This document shows, piece after piece, positions 24,228 through 37,869 of a DNA stretch of 64,000 nt; positions within the stretch are counted from its first letter, which is position 1; each line of letters starts with the position of its first letter. The position numbers and the translations under genes were made by a program. The stretch is from Octopus sinensis (taxonomy: Eukaryota), in contig NC_043007.1 in assembly GCF_006345805.1 (NCBI RefSeq), positions 47,988,001 through 48,052,000 on the forward strand. Direction: 5' to 3'. The notes beneath the pieces were generated by a model. It searched no databases, was not told where the DNA came from, and saw only the letters and a program-made list of their open reading frames with translations.

Positions 24228-24661
24228 TTTACTCTTTTACTCTTTTACTTGTTTCAATCATTTGACTGTAGCCATGCTGGACCACTGCCTTTAGTCGAGC
24301 AAATCGACCCCAGAACTTATTCTTTGTAAGCCTAGTACTTATTCTATCGGTCTCTTTGCCATACTGCTAAGTTACGGGAACGTAAACACACCAGCATCAG
24401 TTGTCAAGCAATGTTGGAGGGGACAAACAGAGACACACAAACATATACACACGTACATACATATATATATATTTATATATATATATATATTTATATATAT
24501 ATACAATTGGCTTCTTTCAGTTTCCATCTACCAAATCCACTCACAAGTGTTTGGTCAGCCTGAGGCTATAGAAGACACATGCCCAAGGTGCAACGCAGTG
24601 GGACTGAACCCGGAACCATGTGGTTGGTAAGCAAGCTACTTACCACACAGCCACTCCTACG

Positions 24662-24662
<1 letters not shown>
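24228..24662 (-). mobile_element. Family A SINE, complete
   Basis: Reverse complement of the 24960-25350 copy. (GAGTAAAA)n tail. Confidence 0.88.
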
Positions 24663-24701
<39 letters not shown>

Positions 24702-24959
24702 TATATATATATACACATATATACACATAGACATGTACATATACATATATATACACATGTGGATAAATAGATAGATAGATAGATAGATAGATAAAATTCA
24801 GGTAAAAACCCTGTAGAATGCTATGCAAAGCTTGTCTGCTCTCATTGGCTGCCTTATGACATCATACAATGGAAATGCTCCTACTACTGAATATACATCT
24901 TTATAAGATTTACTTTCTGAAGTGTTGCTCACACAAAACCTATATAGCATATTATACAT

Positions 24960-25350
24960 AGGCATAGGAGTGTCTGTATGGTAAGTATCTTGTTTACGAA
25001 CCAAATGCTTCCGGGTTCAGTCCCACTACATGGCACCTTGGGCAAGCCTCGGGTCGACCAAAGCCTTGTGAGTGGATTTGGTAGACAGAAACTGAAGAAG
25101 TCTGTTGTATATATGTATATATATATATGTGTGTGTGTGTTTGTGTGTCTGTGTTTGTCCCCCCAACATCGCTTCACAACCAATGCTGGTGTGTTTATGT
25201 CACTGTAACTTAGTGGTTCAGAAAAAGAGACCGATAGAATAAGTACTAGGCTTACAAGCAATAAGTCCTGGGGTCGATTTGCTCGACTAAAGGCGGTGCT
25301 CCAGCATGGCCACAGTCAAATGACTGAAACAAGTAAAAGAGTAAAGAGAG
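24960..25350 (+). mobile_element. Family A SINE, complete
   Basis: tRNA-like head, internal (TA/TG)n, tail ...aaatgactgaaacaagtaaaagagtaaagag. Confidence 0.88.
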
Positions 25351-25564
25351 ATTAATATAATATATGCAACTTATTGACACCCAGGAAATTCTCATAGATT
25401 TAGAAAAATAAAATAAGCTCTGATGAAGTATATCAATATAAATGTGGTGAACATGATGAAAGAGAGTATGTGGGATGTTAGAGTTCCCTAGATTAAACTC
25501 TATGTATTACTTGGAAGTAGACGATGGTAGGTATAAAATTTTAACTCTATTTTCAATTTTACAG

Positions 25565-25653
25565 GTAGTCTGGGCAAGCACTGCTACTGTTGGTTGTGGA
25601 TACACTGCTTGCACGAATATAGGAAAGCTGTATGTATGTAACTATGGTCCAGG
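25565..25653 (+). CDS. CAP gene 1 exon (VVWASTATVGCGYTACTNIGKLYVCNYGP-G)
   Basis: tttacag acceptor and gtaagc donor. 89 nt, phase 0 to 2. Completes GHYTQ-VVW and carries the YVCNYGP CAP signature. Follows a 19-kb intron. Confidence 0.95.
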
Positions 25654-26377
25654 GTAAGCTGAAACCTTCAAATCCTTTATATTTCTCTTGTTATTTCATA
25701 TCCAGTCTTGTTTTATCTCAAGCAAGTTTTTGAGGAAGGGCATTCCAGCTGTGACCGTCTAGCCTTTTTTTAAGTATAGTGTACATTGGGCTAAGCTTTC
25801 TAATGTGTTGATCCTTTATAAAGCTTGAAGTGTATGATTTGAGTATAACTTGGTTGTTACATCTAGTAAGCCCAGTGCTCACACAGATATCAATTTCATG
25901 TTGTTAATAAATGTATTTGTCACATAAAACTTACGGAAAATTTACAGAAATGCGAAACGAATAATACCATTGCCAGCTGTTCTATTAATGATAAAAAGCA
26001 GTACATCAAAACAATGACAGAAACCATTGATAAATGTCAGCAGTCAAGTAAATATATGTACATACACAAAATTATTGTACTTGAACAATCAAATACAATT
26101 GTAATTTCTTGTTTGAAAATATTATTGCCCATGTAATATATATATATATAAAATATCAAATATTATTATTAAGTTTGAAAATGGAGAGATCCAATGGATA
26201 CAAATTAATTTATTAATTAATGAACATCTTCACCTACAATTGTTTCATTTTGCATCCAGTTTAAACTACAAAACACATATAAATATATAATCTTTCATTT
26301 CAAAATACTTTGGGTGGAAAATCATCAGGGCATGAAAAAGGACAATACAAAGATTGCATTATGATCTGTTGGAATAC

Positions 26378-26414
<37 letters not shown>

Positions 26415-26472
26415 AGGTGGTGCTCTAGCATGGCTGCAGTCAACTGACTGAAACAGGCACAAAGACAAATGA

Positions 26473-26530
<58 letters not shown>

Positions 26531-26939
26531 GCACCATCCAAGTATGATCATTTCCAGGGCTGCTGACTGGCACATAAAAGCACCCACTACACTCTTGGAG
26601 TGGTTGGCATTAGGAAGGGCATCCAGCTGTAGAAACTTTGCCAGATCAGATTGGAACCTGGTGCAGCCTTCTGGCTTGCCAGTCCTCTGTCAAACCGTTC
26701 AACGCATGACAGCAATGATGATGGTGATGATGAAAGATATATATATATATATAGATATATATATATATCAGCTGACTGTAACTGGTTCCATTCAACACAA
26801 AAATTAACCTTTTAACCTTTATTTAAGGCTAATTTATTACCATCTGGTTTCCATATCCATATTTGAAACAAGCTTTCTTATGATATTCATTTCTATGTAT
26901 GTTTCTTTCTTTCTTTGATTTGATACAGAAAAGCACAAG

Positions 26940-27980
26940 ATGGTGTTAGATGTCTGAAATTATCATAGTAGTCAGCGTGGATGCTCAGAGAGTGTTACCA
27001 CTAAAATAAGAATAGCCTGGGCAAAGTTTAGAAAACTTCTACCCCTACTGATGACAAGGAGCCTCTAGCTCAGAGTGAAAGGTAGATTGTACGATGCATG
27101 TGTACAAAATGCCATGTTTCACAGCAATGAAACATGAACCATGACTGCAGAGGACATGCATAGACTCGAAAGAAATGAAGCTAGCATGGTCCACTGGATG
27201 TGTAATATCAGTGTGCACACACAACAGAGTGTAAGCACCCTGAGAGAAATATTGGACATAAGAAGCATCGGATGTGGCATGCAAGAGAGACGTTTGTGCT
27301 GGTACGGTCATGTACTATGGATGGATGAGGAGAGATGTGTGAAGAAGTGCCTCTCCTAAACAGTTGAAGGTAGACCCAGGAAGACATGGGATGAGGTGGT
27401 TAAGCATGACCTTCGAATGTTGAGCCTCACAGAGGCTATGACAAAAGACCGAGACCTTTGGAGATATGCTGCGACTTTTAAAACCTGGCAAATAAAGTGA
27501 GTTCATGGCTGTATCCTACACTAGTTTCACATAACCAGCCCCAGCACATTCAAAAGTATCATAGATCGTAGGGCGACCTGCTGTGCTTGAGGAGACCTAT
27601 TGAGTCAAGTACATCAAAATAAAAATCAAATGGAAATTGTAGTTGTGATACCCATGCCAGTGGCACGTAAAAAGCACCATCCAAACGTGGCCAATACCAG
27701 CACCACCATTAACTAGCTTCTATGCTGGTGGCACATAAAAAGCATCAACTAATCATGGCCGTTTGCCAGCCTCCTCTGGCCCCTGTGCCAGTGGCATGTA
27801 AAAAGCACCCACTACACTCACGGAGTGGTTGGTGTTAGGAAGGGCATCCAGCTGTAGAAACACTGCCAGATCAGACTGGAGCCTGGTGCAGCCTCTTGGC
27901 TTCCCAGACCCCGGTTGAACCATCCAACCCATGCTAGCATGGAAAACGAATGTTAAATGATGAGGATGATGATGATGATA
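26940..27980 (+). mobile_element. 5'-truncated RTE LINE, same family as 10361-15400, plus a separate tail fragment at 26555-26740
   Basis: MTAEDMHRLERNEASM..WMCNISV...QERRLCWYGHV. Same 3' UTR ending in (ATG)n. Confidence 0.9.
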
Positions 27981-28040
27981 TTTTTCCTTTTGATTTTTAG
28001 AGAATTGACAGTTTAAAATTTTTCATTTTGTATGTTTCAG

Positions 28041-28105
28041 AGGAAACAGTGCTTACTCTCTTAACAGACCTTATAAATCATGTGATGGCCCTACGCAACT
28101 AATCG
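28041..28105 (+). CDS. CAP gene 1 exon (G-GNSAYSLNRPYKSCDGPTQLI-D)
   Basis: gtttcag acceptor and gtgagg donor. 65 nt, phase 2 to 1. Completes NYGPGGN and contains the conserved PY. Confidence 0.88.
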
Positions 28106-29483
28106 GTGAGGAAATCTTTTTATTGAATACACTTCTAAACCTTCATAATGGAATGTATAAGCCGGATGTTGAGCTGTCATTTTGTTGTGTGAATTCTTTA
28201 ATAGGATCTGTTATCCTTTTGATACAAACCCCCTCTCTTGATACTGTCTTTTGTGTTAAAACTAAATACCAGCTTAATAATCACAAAGTTATTTTATCAA
28301 ATTCTTCATAATTGTAAATAAAGATTTCAAATTTTAGCACAAGGCCAGCAAGTTCAAGGGGATGGGGTAAGTCAATTACATCAACCCAAGTGCTCAACTG
28401 GTACTTATTTTATCAAGAGACTAACTTCATTAATAGGTCAAACTTGCCATATAGGGGACAAGTGTATTTATATACTGCTTGGGAATGTGTGCTGTAAGAC
28501 AAATAGCCAGTAGATATTAAGAGTTAATATTAACATAATGTAGGTTGTTGGTAGAAGTATATGTAATTAAGAAAGAGCAAAAAAATTGTCAGAAAAAATT
28601 AAGGTGTCAGTGGGTTTAGGATTCCAGTTGACTGATCACTAAGTCACTGGGATTATGATGAATATTAGAAAGAACAAATAGCAATAATAGTATCATTATA
28701 GTTTCATGAGAAAAGGTTTGCAAGAGAACGATGGCAGGTTCTCCTGCACTGTCTTTTATATTTTAGTGTAGCACATGAATGACTCGAGGAATGATGGAGA
28801 AGGTACTGCAGAAGATAATAATAATAGAAAAGGATTATACATGCACAGACATGTCTGCATGGTTATGAACTTTCCTTCCCAACTGCATGGCTTAGGGTTC
28901 AACCCCACTGCAGGGTACCTTGTGCTGAACAAAGCCTTGTGAGTGGATTTGGTAGATGGGAAGTGAAAAAAGCTTGTTGTGTGTGTGTTTCTGTGTGAGT
29001 TTGCATGTGTAAAGAATAGCATTCTGATGGTTGATTTTCTTGCAGTCCACCACAAAAGCATGGTCAAGACTCTTTGAAAATTCTTCACATGTAGCACACC
29101 ATTCAAAACAAATGGCTCATTCATGCAGTGTCATATATTTCTACCACTCTCCATAAAACATGTTTGAACTGTCTGAGATTTGTTCACTAGGCTTGGGAGG
29201 TTATTAATTCGCTTGGAAACAGGAAGGGAAAGTTAGTAACAGGAAGGGCATCCTGCCATGAAATACACTGTTCCAATGGTCAGACATGATCAGGCAAATC
29301 TGAACAGACGATGAGTCATCAATCCACCTTCTTACAACTTGACAAAAGCATTGTTTTTTTACAAATATTCCCATTTTTAGTTTTATATTTTTATCAGAAA
29401 TGCATTATAATTAAAATGTAATTTCTGACATAATTCAATAATGTAATATATTAAGCCATGAAAACTTTCTAATTTACTTTCAG

Positions 29484-29585
29484 ATTGTAAAGGAAAGGTT
29501 TGTCTGAATGAAGGTTCAAGGATTGATAATGGTTGTAATTGTAAATGTGGTAGTTCAAAATACTTTTCTCAACCAGACTGTTCAA
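29484..29585 (+). CDS. CAP gene 1 EGF-like exon (D-CKGKVCLNEGSRIDNGCNCKCGSSKYFSQPDCS)
   Basis: ctttcag acceptor and gtaaat donor. 102 nt, phase 1 to 1. Six Cys in a C-x4-C-LNxG...C-x-C-x-C...C pattern. Confidence 0.88.
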
Positions 29586-30169
29586 GTAAATATATTTATT
29601 TAATATTGATACTTTAACTATTTATATATAATAATAATAATAATAATTAAAGTACAAAAAGAAATCCCAAATTGTACCATCCTTTGTACAGGTGAGTTGG
29701 CAGTGTTGTATATTGACAACTGCTGTTGGATAAAGAACAGCTTATAATGTTGATGGGACCAAGCCTCCCAAGATATGATGCTGATTGAAACAAATTGTTA
29801 TATACTGTAGCTAATCTACCCAAACTACCATGGGTGGAGAAATATAAGATAAATTGTTGTTGTTGCTGACGTTGTTGTTGTTGTTGTTGTTGTTGTTGTT
29901 GACGTTGACGGTGACGATGACGATGATAATGATGATGACAATAATGATGTAGACGAAAATGATGGTGATGATGATGATGATGATGACGATGATGATGACA
30001 ACTATGACAATAATATCAAATAATAAGAAATTTGGACAGTAATTAGTTCTGAAATTATCATTGTGAGTTTTGTTATACATTCACTGTTTCTGTTTATTAT
30101 TATGTTCCTATATAATATGACATTGACGGTTTTAAACAAAACAGATTAGCTTTAGGTAAACCTTCTCCA

Positions 30170-30800
30170 TCATCATCATCATCATCATCCTCGTCTTCAT
30201 TGTTGTTGTCATTGTCTTTATTATTACTGTTTTAACATATGCTTTTCCATACAGTTACAGGCTTAAATAAGTCCCAATGTGATGCTTAATACTATTTCAA
30301 TTCAACATCAATTAGGCTCAACATCATGAGAACTGTCTTTTCCAAAACTTCACACATCTTTCTCACTCTTCTCTCATCTGCATCATCATTTTCTATCACT
30401 TCAAACTACTATTTCATCTACCAGTCCTCACCAATTCACATCACTTGCCCATAACCAGAACATTTCTCTCTCTTGGATACATTGGCTGATGTCTTCAATG
30501 ACACATCCCATATATCATGCATGTGTCATTTCTTTCCAACCTCTGAAATAGATCTTCCATACTCAGTCCATGTCTTTATCCCACAACCTTTTGGTATCAC
30601 ACATCTCACACTGCCTTTATGCAGTCAACCTCTCCACAAAGAATCAGAATGAACAAGTTCCTCATACTAACAACTATTTTTTCACCATATCTAGCTGTTT
30701 TGTTTATTAAGTTACATATGCATCTATCACACCTCAAGAGACCCTACTTACTTCTTTTTTGTATTTCACACTGTTTACATTACATATACATTATAGAATT
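30170..30800 (-). mobile_element. Highly degenerate RTE 3' fragment
   Basis: (CAT)n tail orientation and remnants resembling the RTE C-terminal/3' UTR pattern. No intact ORF. Confidence 0.45.
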
Positions 30801-30921
30801 CCTGTAATCTCTATAACTAAGTATTGAGTAATGCTACTTTTTGCATTGAAGTGAAATTTTGTTTTCCCTATAAAGCCAATTCCTCATTTTGTCTCCTGTA
30901 TTAATTTTTTGTTCTTTATAG

Positions 30922-31038
30922 TGAATTGTTCTCTAGGCAAAGACAAATATTACTGTGGTTCATACTACAAACCAGAATGGTGTTCTCAGTATTCCAATGT
31001 TCCAAACTTATGTCCTAAAATGTGTGGAATATGTCCAT
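30922..31038 (+). CDS. CAP gene 1 ShKT-like exon (M-NCSLGKDKYYCGSYYKPEWCSQYSNVPNLCPKMCGICP)
   Basis: ctttatag acceptor and gtaagt donor. 117 nt, phase 1 to 1. C-x8-C-x8-C-x9-C-x3-C-x2-C spacing ending CPKMCGIC. Confidence 0.88.
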
Positions 31039-31539
31039 GTAAGTAACTTGTATTTTTATGCTTTTACTTCTTCCTTCCTTCTCTAATAGCAGCTCACAAA
31101 ATACTCTAATCAAAGTTTATGTGACTTATATTTTATAAAGACAGATTAGATACTGAGCTTTCTGAAGTCAACAAGAAAAAGACAAACAAAATGCAAGCTG
31201 TAACAACACTATCTGCCATCTCTTCCTTGCTATCTCTTGTTCCCATCTATTTTGTGCACAATTTGTCTTTCACAAACATCAATGATGTCAATATTGAAGA
31301 ACATTTCAGAAGCTAAAACTGAACTGTTGTGATAGAAGTGTGTATATGGAAGTAAGCTGCAACAAGATATAGCTAGTCCAGTTACTTAGACACAGAGGTA
31401 TCCTATATATGGTAGCAATATAATGTGTGCTTTGTATAGGGCCAACAACTAGCAAGAGTTACAGGTGTGAAGATAAAGCCTATTATTTAAATTACAGTTA
31501 ACAGCTGTTTTATAATTTATTATAAAGTATTATAATGTA

Positions 31540-31915
31540 GTGGAGGCACAATGGCCCAGTGGGTAGGGCAGTGGACTCGTGGTCTTAGGATTACAGTTTT
31601 GATTCCTAGACTAGGAGTTGTTAGTGTTTATTGAGTGAAAACACCTAAAAGCTTCACAAGGCTCTGGCGGGGGGTGGGGGTGAAACCTGTTGTACTCTTT
31701 CACCACAAATTTCTCTCACTCTTTCTTCCTGTTTCTTTTGTACCTGTATTTCAAAGGGCCAGCCTTGTCACACTCTGTGTCCTGCTGAATCTCCCCGAGA
31801 ACTATGTTTAGGGTACATGTGTCTGTGGAGTGCTCAGCCACTTGCTAAGTTAATTTCATGAGCAGGCTGTTCTGTTGATTGGATCAACTGGAACACTCGT
31901 CGTCGTAACCAACAG
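31540..31915 (+). mobile_element. tRNA-derived SINE, family D
   Basis: Aligns along its length with 19962-20320. Confidence 0.85.
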
Positions 31916-32039
31916 AGAGCCATTTGTTTTTGTATAATGTATTATTGTGTGTGTGTATGTGTGTACAGATAGGGACAGTGAGAGAAAGAAAGCTGGATCT
32001 ATATACATGTGCATGCATATCTATCTGTCTATATATATA

Positions 32040-32215
32040 TAGGGGTTGGACAAAATAATGGAAACACCTTAAAATTTCAAACAAATTTACTTTAATATGG
32101 GGTAAGACTGTCTTTGGCAGTAATTACAGCTTGAATTCTATGAGGTATGGACTCTTACAAAGTTTGAATTGTTTCCAAAAGAATTTTTGCCCATTCTTCA
32201 GCTAAAACAGACTCC
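32040..32215 (+). mobile_element. Tc1-like terminal fragment
   Basis: ta-ggggttggacaaaataatggaaacacc resembles Tc1-family TIRs. The other end was not found. Confidence 0.5.
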
Positions 32216-32262
32216 AGTTATGGAATACACTGCTTTATCTTAAATACTTTTTTCATTCTCAG

Positions 32263-32369
32263 ATGCTGATTACAGTTCTGATGGGACTACAGTTTCAACA
32301 AAACCAGTAGCTACTTTGGTAATTACTTTAAACATTTCATTGTATCAGCTGTTTGTAGATATTTTTTGA
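32263..32369 (+). CDS. CAP gene 1 putative terminal exon (Y-ADYSSDGTTVSTKPVATLVITLNISLYQLFVDIF*), GPI-signal-like
   Basis: tttcattctcag acceptor in the required phase 1. Open to TGA at 32367-32369. Small-residue cluster, polar spacer, then hydrophobic tail. Confidence 0.65.
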
Positions 32370-34369
32370 AATGCATACAATCAAGTCTTCATTTCTAAAT
32401 CTTTTAAAACCTTATAATCCTTTTATTTATTTTGCTGTTTTATACATGGATACACACACACGCGCACACACGCAGACACACACACACAGAGTCACACACA
32501 CATACGCACAAACATTGTAAAACCTTCACTTGATGAAGATCCTACAGCTACACCAGCTCATTCAGAAGCACCATGAATTCAAATATGACAATGGCCACAA
32601 GCTACAAGTGACAGCTAAAAGAAAATGGTACAGTTTTTGACATAAACTTGAAGATCACCAAAAATTCTAGACTATACTTGAATGCTTCTAGGAGATGCAA
32701 CATCTACAGAGCATAAAAGAGAATATTTTTGAAGACCTTTCAGAAAGCATGCTCTTAGCTTAATGCCAAAACAGAAAACTTCACCCACTATATGCACAAG
32801 AAAATATTCATACTCAAGTCCAGTACTTCTTCATAGGACTCTAATCTTTCCCAAGTATGCTCCTTTCCCAACCTAGTCTTATGGCCAACATAGATCCTTT
32901 ATGGATCTTTATATTTACAAATTTAGTTCCCCTTCTAAAATATTCTCAAATCTTTACAGGGTTTCTGGATTTTTCCCAAACTTCCTCCTCACTTTACAGT
33001 TTTCCCCCTTTTCTTGCTCTCTTTCTCTCTATCTTTCTCCCTGTCTCACTCTTCCCTGTCATGTCTTTAATATATAATACTTATACTGACAAGTGTTTAT
33101 GAGAGTTGTGTCTGTATGCATGTATGTGCATATGTGTGGATCCTACACACAAATCATATGGTGAAAAAAGAGATAACTTTCTCCTTAGAACAACAGCTCA
33201 CTCTTCCAGAAAGGATTGTAGATCCTCTTAATACAAAAAAAAAATGCAAAATGTAGTTTCCCAGGTTAAAATTTCCTGCCTGTATGCTCTTAATGAGATG
33301 AGAGATAACTTCTGAGTAATCATAATGGTTGGTTGAAAATTCTGATCACAGACAAGTCTTGCAGCTCTGTGTGTTTGGGGTTACTCTTAACTCCTCCTGC
33401 ACCGTCCAACCGATTTTAATGATTTGGGGCACATAGGTAGATCACATGCCCTGAAGTCCAAATAAAGCTGGAATTTTTCGAAAACTTGATAATGCTCAGT
33501 TGGCATCGATTTTTGTGAGCTCAATCGGGCGTTTGAATGGAATTCCTATAACGATGTTATTTTTCCTGCAGCTTTTGCATTTTTTGTCCGATTTTGATGA
33601 AAATCGATGAGTGAGCGAGGCTCATGGCAGCGAGTTAATGTTAGTATATGGCATTAACAAAAATTCGATAATTGCGCCTGAGCAATTTATAAAATCAATA
33701 GACTTTTTGCATGCAAATAACCGTAGGGGTTTTACATTTTTTATCCGATTTTATATTTTTTATTTTATATTTTATATTTTTCACTTTTCATTTTTTATTT
33801 TATCCGATTTTACATTTTATATTTTTAATCCGATTTTAATGAAATTTGAAATGTAGGTAAATTTCTTGGTAGGGAAGATGGTAAAGGTGTTTATTTAATT
33901 CAAAAGGGCTTGAAAAGGGCTCAAATACAAAAAAGCATTTCCTTGGGGATATTCTTATCTATGTTGCAGAAAGTTTACACGTGATTACAGTTTTTGTCCA
34001 TTAGTTGATGCCAGCATGAAGAGTTCTGTGTGAAAGGGGGATTATAGATTTTGACGAAAAAAGACCCATGAGTAAAATTAAGCACTTTGACATATAAAAC
34101 GTCGATTATTCATATAATGTATTGGGATTTAAAAGTCAATGGGATATATTCATGTAAATAGTCACATGGATTCTAGTTTATGACATAACCTTAACACTTT
34201 TTGCTGGAGTTTGACATGCTGATCAATTTTGTACAGAATAGAGCATTAAGGGGAGGGATATAAACAAACATCACTCTCAACGGATCGAGGTACACACAAA
34301 AGTTTGACTGCGATTTCAGACGGTTCATATATAGGAGTATGGCAATAGAAATAATAGAGCTAAGATGTG

Positions 34370-36610
34370 TTCTTAGGAAGTCTCAAAAAGGGAAATCCTA
34401 GGACTGGATCGAATTCCTATCTTCTGGTTAAATTGTCTGACAGAAGTACACCAAAATTTCGCTTCGTTTCTGACTGATATCATCCAGAACCCAGGCAAAT
34501 AACTGCCTGACTAACCGAAGGAACAACATACGTTCTACCAAAAAACTGAAGACAAAAAAATCCAAAGAACTACCGACCAATAACATGTCTCAACATCATC
34601 TACAAAATCCTCACATCCATATTAACTGACAGAAAATACGCTTCCCTTGAACAGAGGTCTATCCTTCCACAAGCTCAAAAGGCTGTAAAAGGAATTCTTA
34701 TGGGTGCAAAGATCAATTACTCATAAATAAAATGATTGTAAATAATTGCCGGAGCAAAACGAAGAACCTGAGTTTGGCATGGATAGACCACAGGAAAGTG
34801 TTTGATTGTGTCCCACTTAATTGGATACTGAAGGCCCTTGAAATATACAAAATCTCTCTTGTCATCTCTAAATTCTTACAAGGTAGCATGGCCAAGTGGA
34901 ACACACATATCCTTCTAAACCATAGTAATGGGATGAGCCAAACCAGCAACATCAGCATCAAACGAGGCATCTTTTAAGGTGACTCCCTCTCCCATTATTC
35001 TTTTGCATGGCGCCGATCCCACTCTCAAACGAACTAAATAGCACTAGATATGGGTTTAAAGATCACAATATGACAATAAACCATCTGTTTTATATGGACG
35101 ATCTGAAGCTGTTTGCTAGAAATGACAAAGAGTTATTGGGGTTGCTAACAACTTTTAAAGAATTCAATAATGACATCCGGATGGACTTTGGCCTTGATAA
35201 GTGTGCTAAAACAAGTTTTGTTAGAGGAAAGCTCAGGTAAATAGATTCCATTAAATTAGATACCGACGCTACCATCAAGGAGCTTGACCCACAAGAAAAT
35301 TACAAATATCTGGGGATAAACGAAGGAGATGGCATACAACATGCTACTATGAAGGAAAATATAAGAAAGGAGTACTACAGGAGAATAAGAGTCATTCTAA
35401 AAACTGAACTCAACTCTAAAAATCGCTTCGAAGCCATTATCTCCTTGGCACTTCCAGTAGTCCAATATAGTTTTAACATAATTAACTGGAATCTTACAGA
35501 GTTCCAACGCCTGGGCAGAAAGACAAGAAAACTACTAACATCTAAAAACATGCACCATCCAAAAGCAGGTGTTGATTGTCTGTACCTACCAAGAAGAAAA
35601 GGGGGAAGAGGAATGATGCAGGTAGAACTGTGATATAAGACCTCCACAATAGCAATGAACAGGTACTTATCTAGTACAGAGGACTGGATGCCGTGGCTTG
35701 TGTGCGAACATGAAAGCAGCAAAAAATCACATTCTATTGTCAAGGAAGCTTGCAAATTCGCAAGGGAACTTGGATTTAACCCTGAAATAGTTGAAGAACC
35801 TGAAACCATTTCCACAAAACAAGCAAAATGGACCAAGGAGACTGCAAGAAAGAACGGGCAGAATCAAATTGAGGAGCCTCTGCATGGACACTATATACTT
35901 CGAAGTCGAAATGCTGATGTAGACCAAGCAACAACCCATCAGTTGCTGAGAAGTTCAGGACTGAAAGCAGAGACTAAAGGTTTCATATTGGGGGAACAAG
36001 ATCAAAGCTTGCTAAAAAAAAACAAAAAAAACTATCAGGTTAACGGTCTTCAAAACCGTTCTGACCCTAAATGCAGCTTCTGCGTCACATTTGACGAAAC
36101 AATGGACCATCTCGTCTCAGAATATCCTATGGTGACACCAAACTAATACAAAAATCGCCATGATAGATTAGTACAGCATTTACATTGGGAAGTATGTAAA
36201 CACTACAAAATCAGCACCCCTGCTTACTGCTATGAACATCATCTCGAGCCAGTCGTTCAAGGTTAAAATATCACAGAACGATCCAGGCTAATCGACCAGA
36301 CATGATTATCAAAGACAGAGAAGAAAATACTTGTAGACTAAAAGATGTAAGCGTTCCCACTGATAAGAATATATCTGTGATGGAATTTGACAAACTGAGT
36401 AAATATAAGGACCTGGAAATTGAAATGCAAAAGATGTGGCATCTTAAAGCGAGAACTATTCCTGTTATTGTAGGCGCCCTAGGAATGATAAAAATAGAGA
36501 TGTCAGAAACATCTAGATAAGATCCCGGCAGAACCATGTCAACATAGAAATTCAAAAGATTGTACTGACAAGTACTGCCCACATCCTTAGAAAAACCTTA
36601 TCCATTTAAA
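34370..36610 (+). mobile_element. Degenerate R4/Dong-like LINE (RT + restriction-like endonuclease)
   Basis: AWIDHRKVFD, HLFYMDDLKLFA, FGLDKCAK, HHPKA..DCLYLPR, SGLKAET, KLSKYKDLEIE...TIPVIVGALG. Many stops and frameshifts. Confidence 0.9.
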
Positions 36611-36760
36611 TATCTGTGTTGTATTACATGTACATGAAGATATTTTGCTACTTCCTCTCATCAAGCTTTCAGTCATAATGTAACATCCCTTATCCGTCAC
36701 TCGCCACAGGATGCTGGGTGTGTCTCTGCAAGTGACTGTAACAAACATGCAGATTAAAAG

Positions 36761-36826
<66 letters not shown>

Positions 36827-36846
36827 TAATAATAATAATAATAATA

Positions 36847-36904
<58 letters not shown>

Positions 36905-37450
36905 TCATGTCCTGATGCAGTACCAGACAGTGGTTTCCGTGGCATCTGATCTTAACTAATTGGAAGTGTTATCATGTACATTGTTTTGTCTTGGTATAAA
37001 AGATGGGCTACAGCAAATCTTCTGCTCAATACCACAGATTTGCTTGTCAGTTGTTTGACCTTAACCAGTTGAACATGTTCCTTAGTGGCTGACAATATGT
37101 GCATCTCTGATCATGAGCAGAAGTAGTGGGGGTGCATCATAGCCATATGTTGAGAGGAATTCTTTGCGGTTTGGATGGAAATTTGGTTGTTTCGTTCAAA
37201 ATACTTAAACAACCCTTATTCAGGGACCTTTTGAGCGGGATGGGCCACCCGACCAGAAGAAAATTCTAACTGGGCCCCATCTGCACTGTTTATCTTGATA
37301 TGAGATCACCATGTCGCACACATAGGGCTGTGATGCATGTGCCTAGTGTACCCTTATCAGACGGGTAGTCATGATGGGTATACTGGGCTTCGTATGTTTT
37401 ATCCCAGTGTCACTTTTTTTGGCATGCACTGCTCTCTCACTTGATGATAA
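36905..37450. repeat. Unclassified about 530-bp dispersed repeat flanked by (AAT)n
   Basis: Aligns with 56135-56640 (gatgcagtaccag...gcactgctctctcact). Confidence 0.8.
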
Positions 37451-37464
37451 TAATAATAATAATG

Positions 37465-37680
37465 ATGATTTCAAGTTATTTGTCACGAGGGCAGCTTCGG
37501 GAAGGGGATTAGGTCGATTACATTGACTCCAGTGCCTAACTGGTACTTATTTAATCCACCACGAAAGGATGACAGGCAAAGCCGACCTCGGCGGAATTTG
37601 AACTGAGAACGTAGAGACAGACGAAATACCGCTATGCATTTCGTTCAGCGTGCTAACGATTCTGCCAGCTCGCCGCCTTA
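37465..37680 (-). mobile_element. tRNA-derived SINE, family B (aaggcggcgagctggcagaatcgttagc...)
   Basis: Further copies at about 28325-28420, 40315-40510, 40555-40720 and 62300-62460. Confidence 0.82.
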
Positions 37681-37699
37681 ATAAAAATAATTATTGGCA

Positions 37700-37868
37700 G
37701 TTTTATGTAAGCAACAACCAAAAACCATCAATCATAATGTCGCCAATGTTGTGTATGTAAACAGCAAGCAGAAACCATTGATCATATTGTCTACATTATG
37801 CAGCCTTCTTGCTGCCACAGAACAATGTAATCTGCAAGAACCTGGACCTGTCCCACGATAAAAACTCG
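37700..37868 (+). mobile_element. R4/Dong fragment abutting the Elongin-B retrocopy
   Basis: CVCKQQAETIDHIV...VICKNLDLSHDKN matches CRVCKQQNETIDHVV...VICKNLDLPHEKN of the 48538 ORF. Confidence 0.75.
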
Positions 37869-37869
37869 T

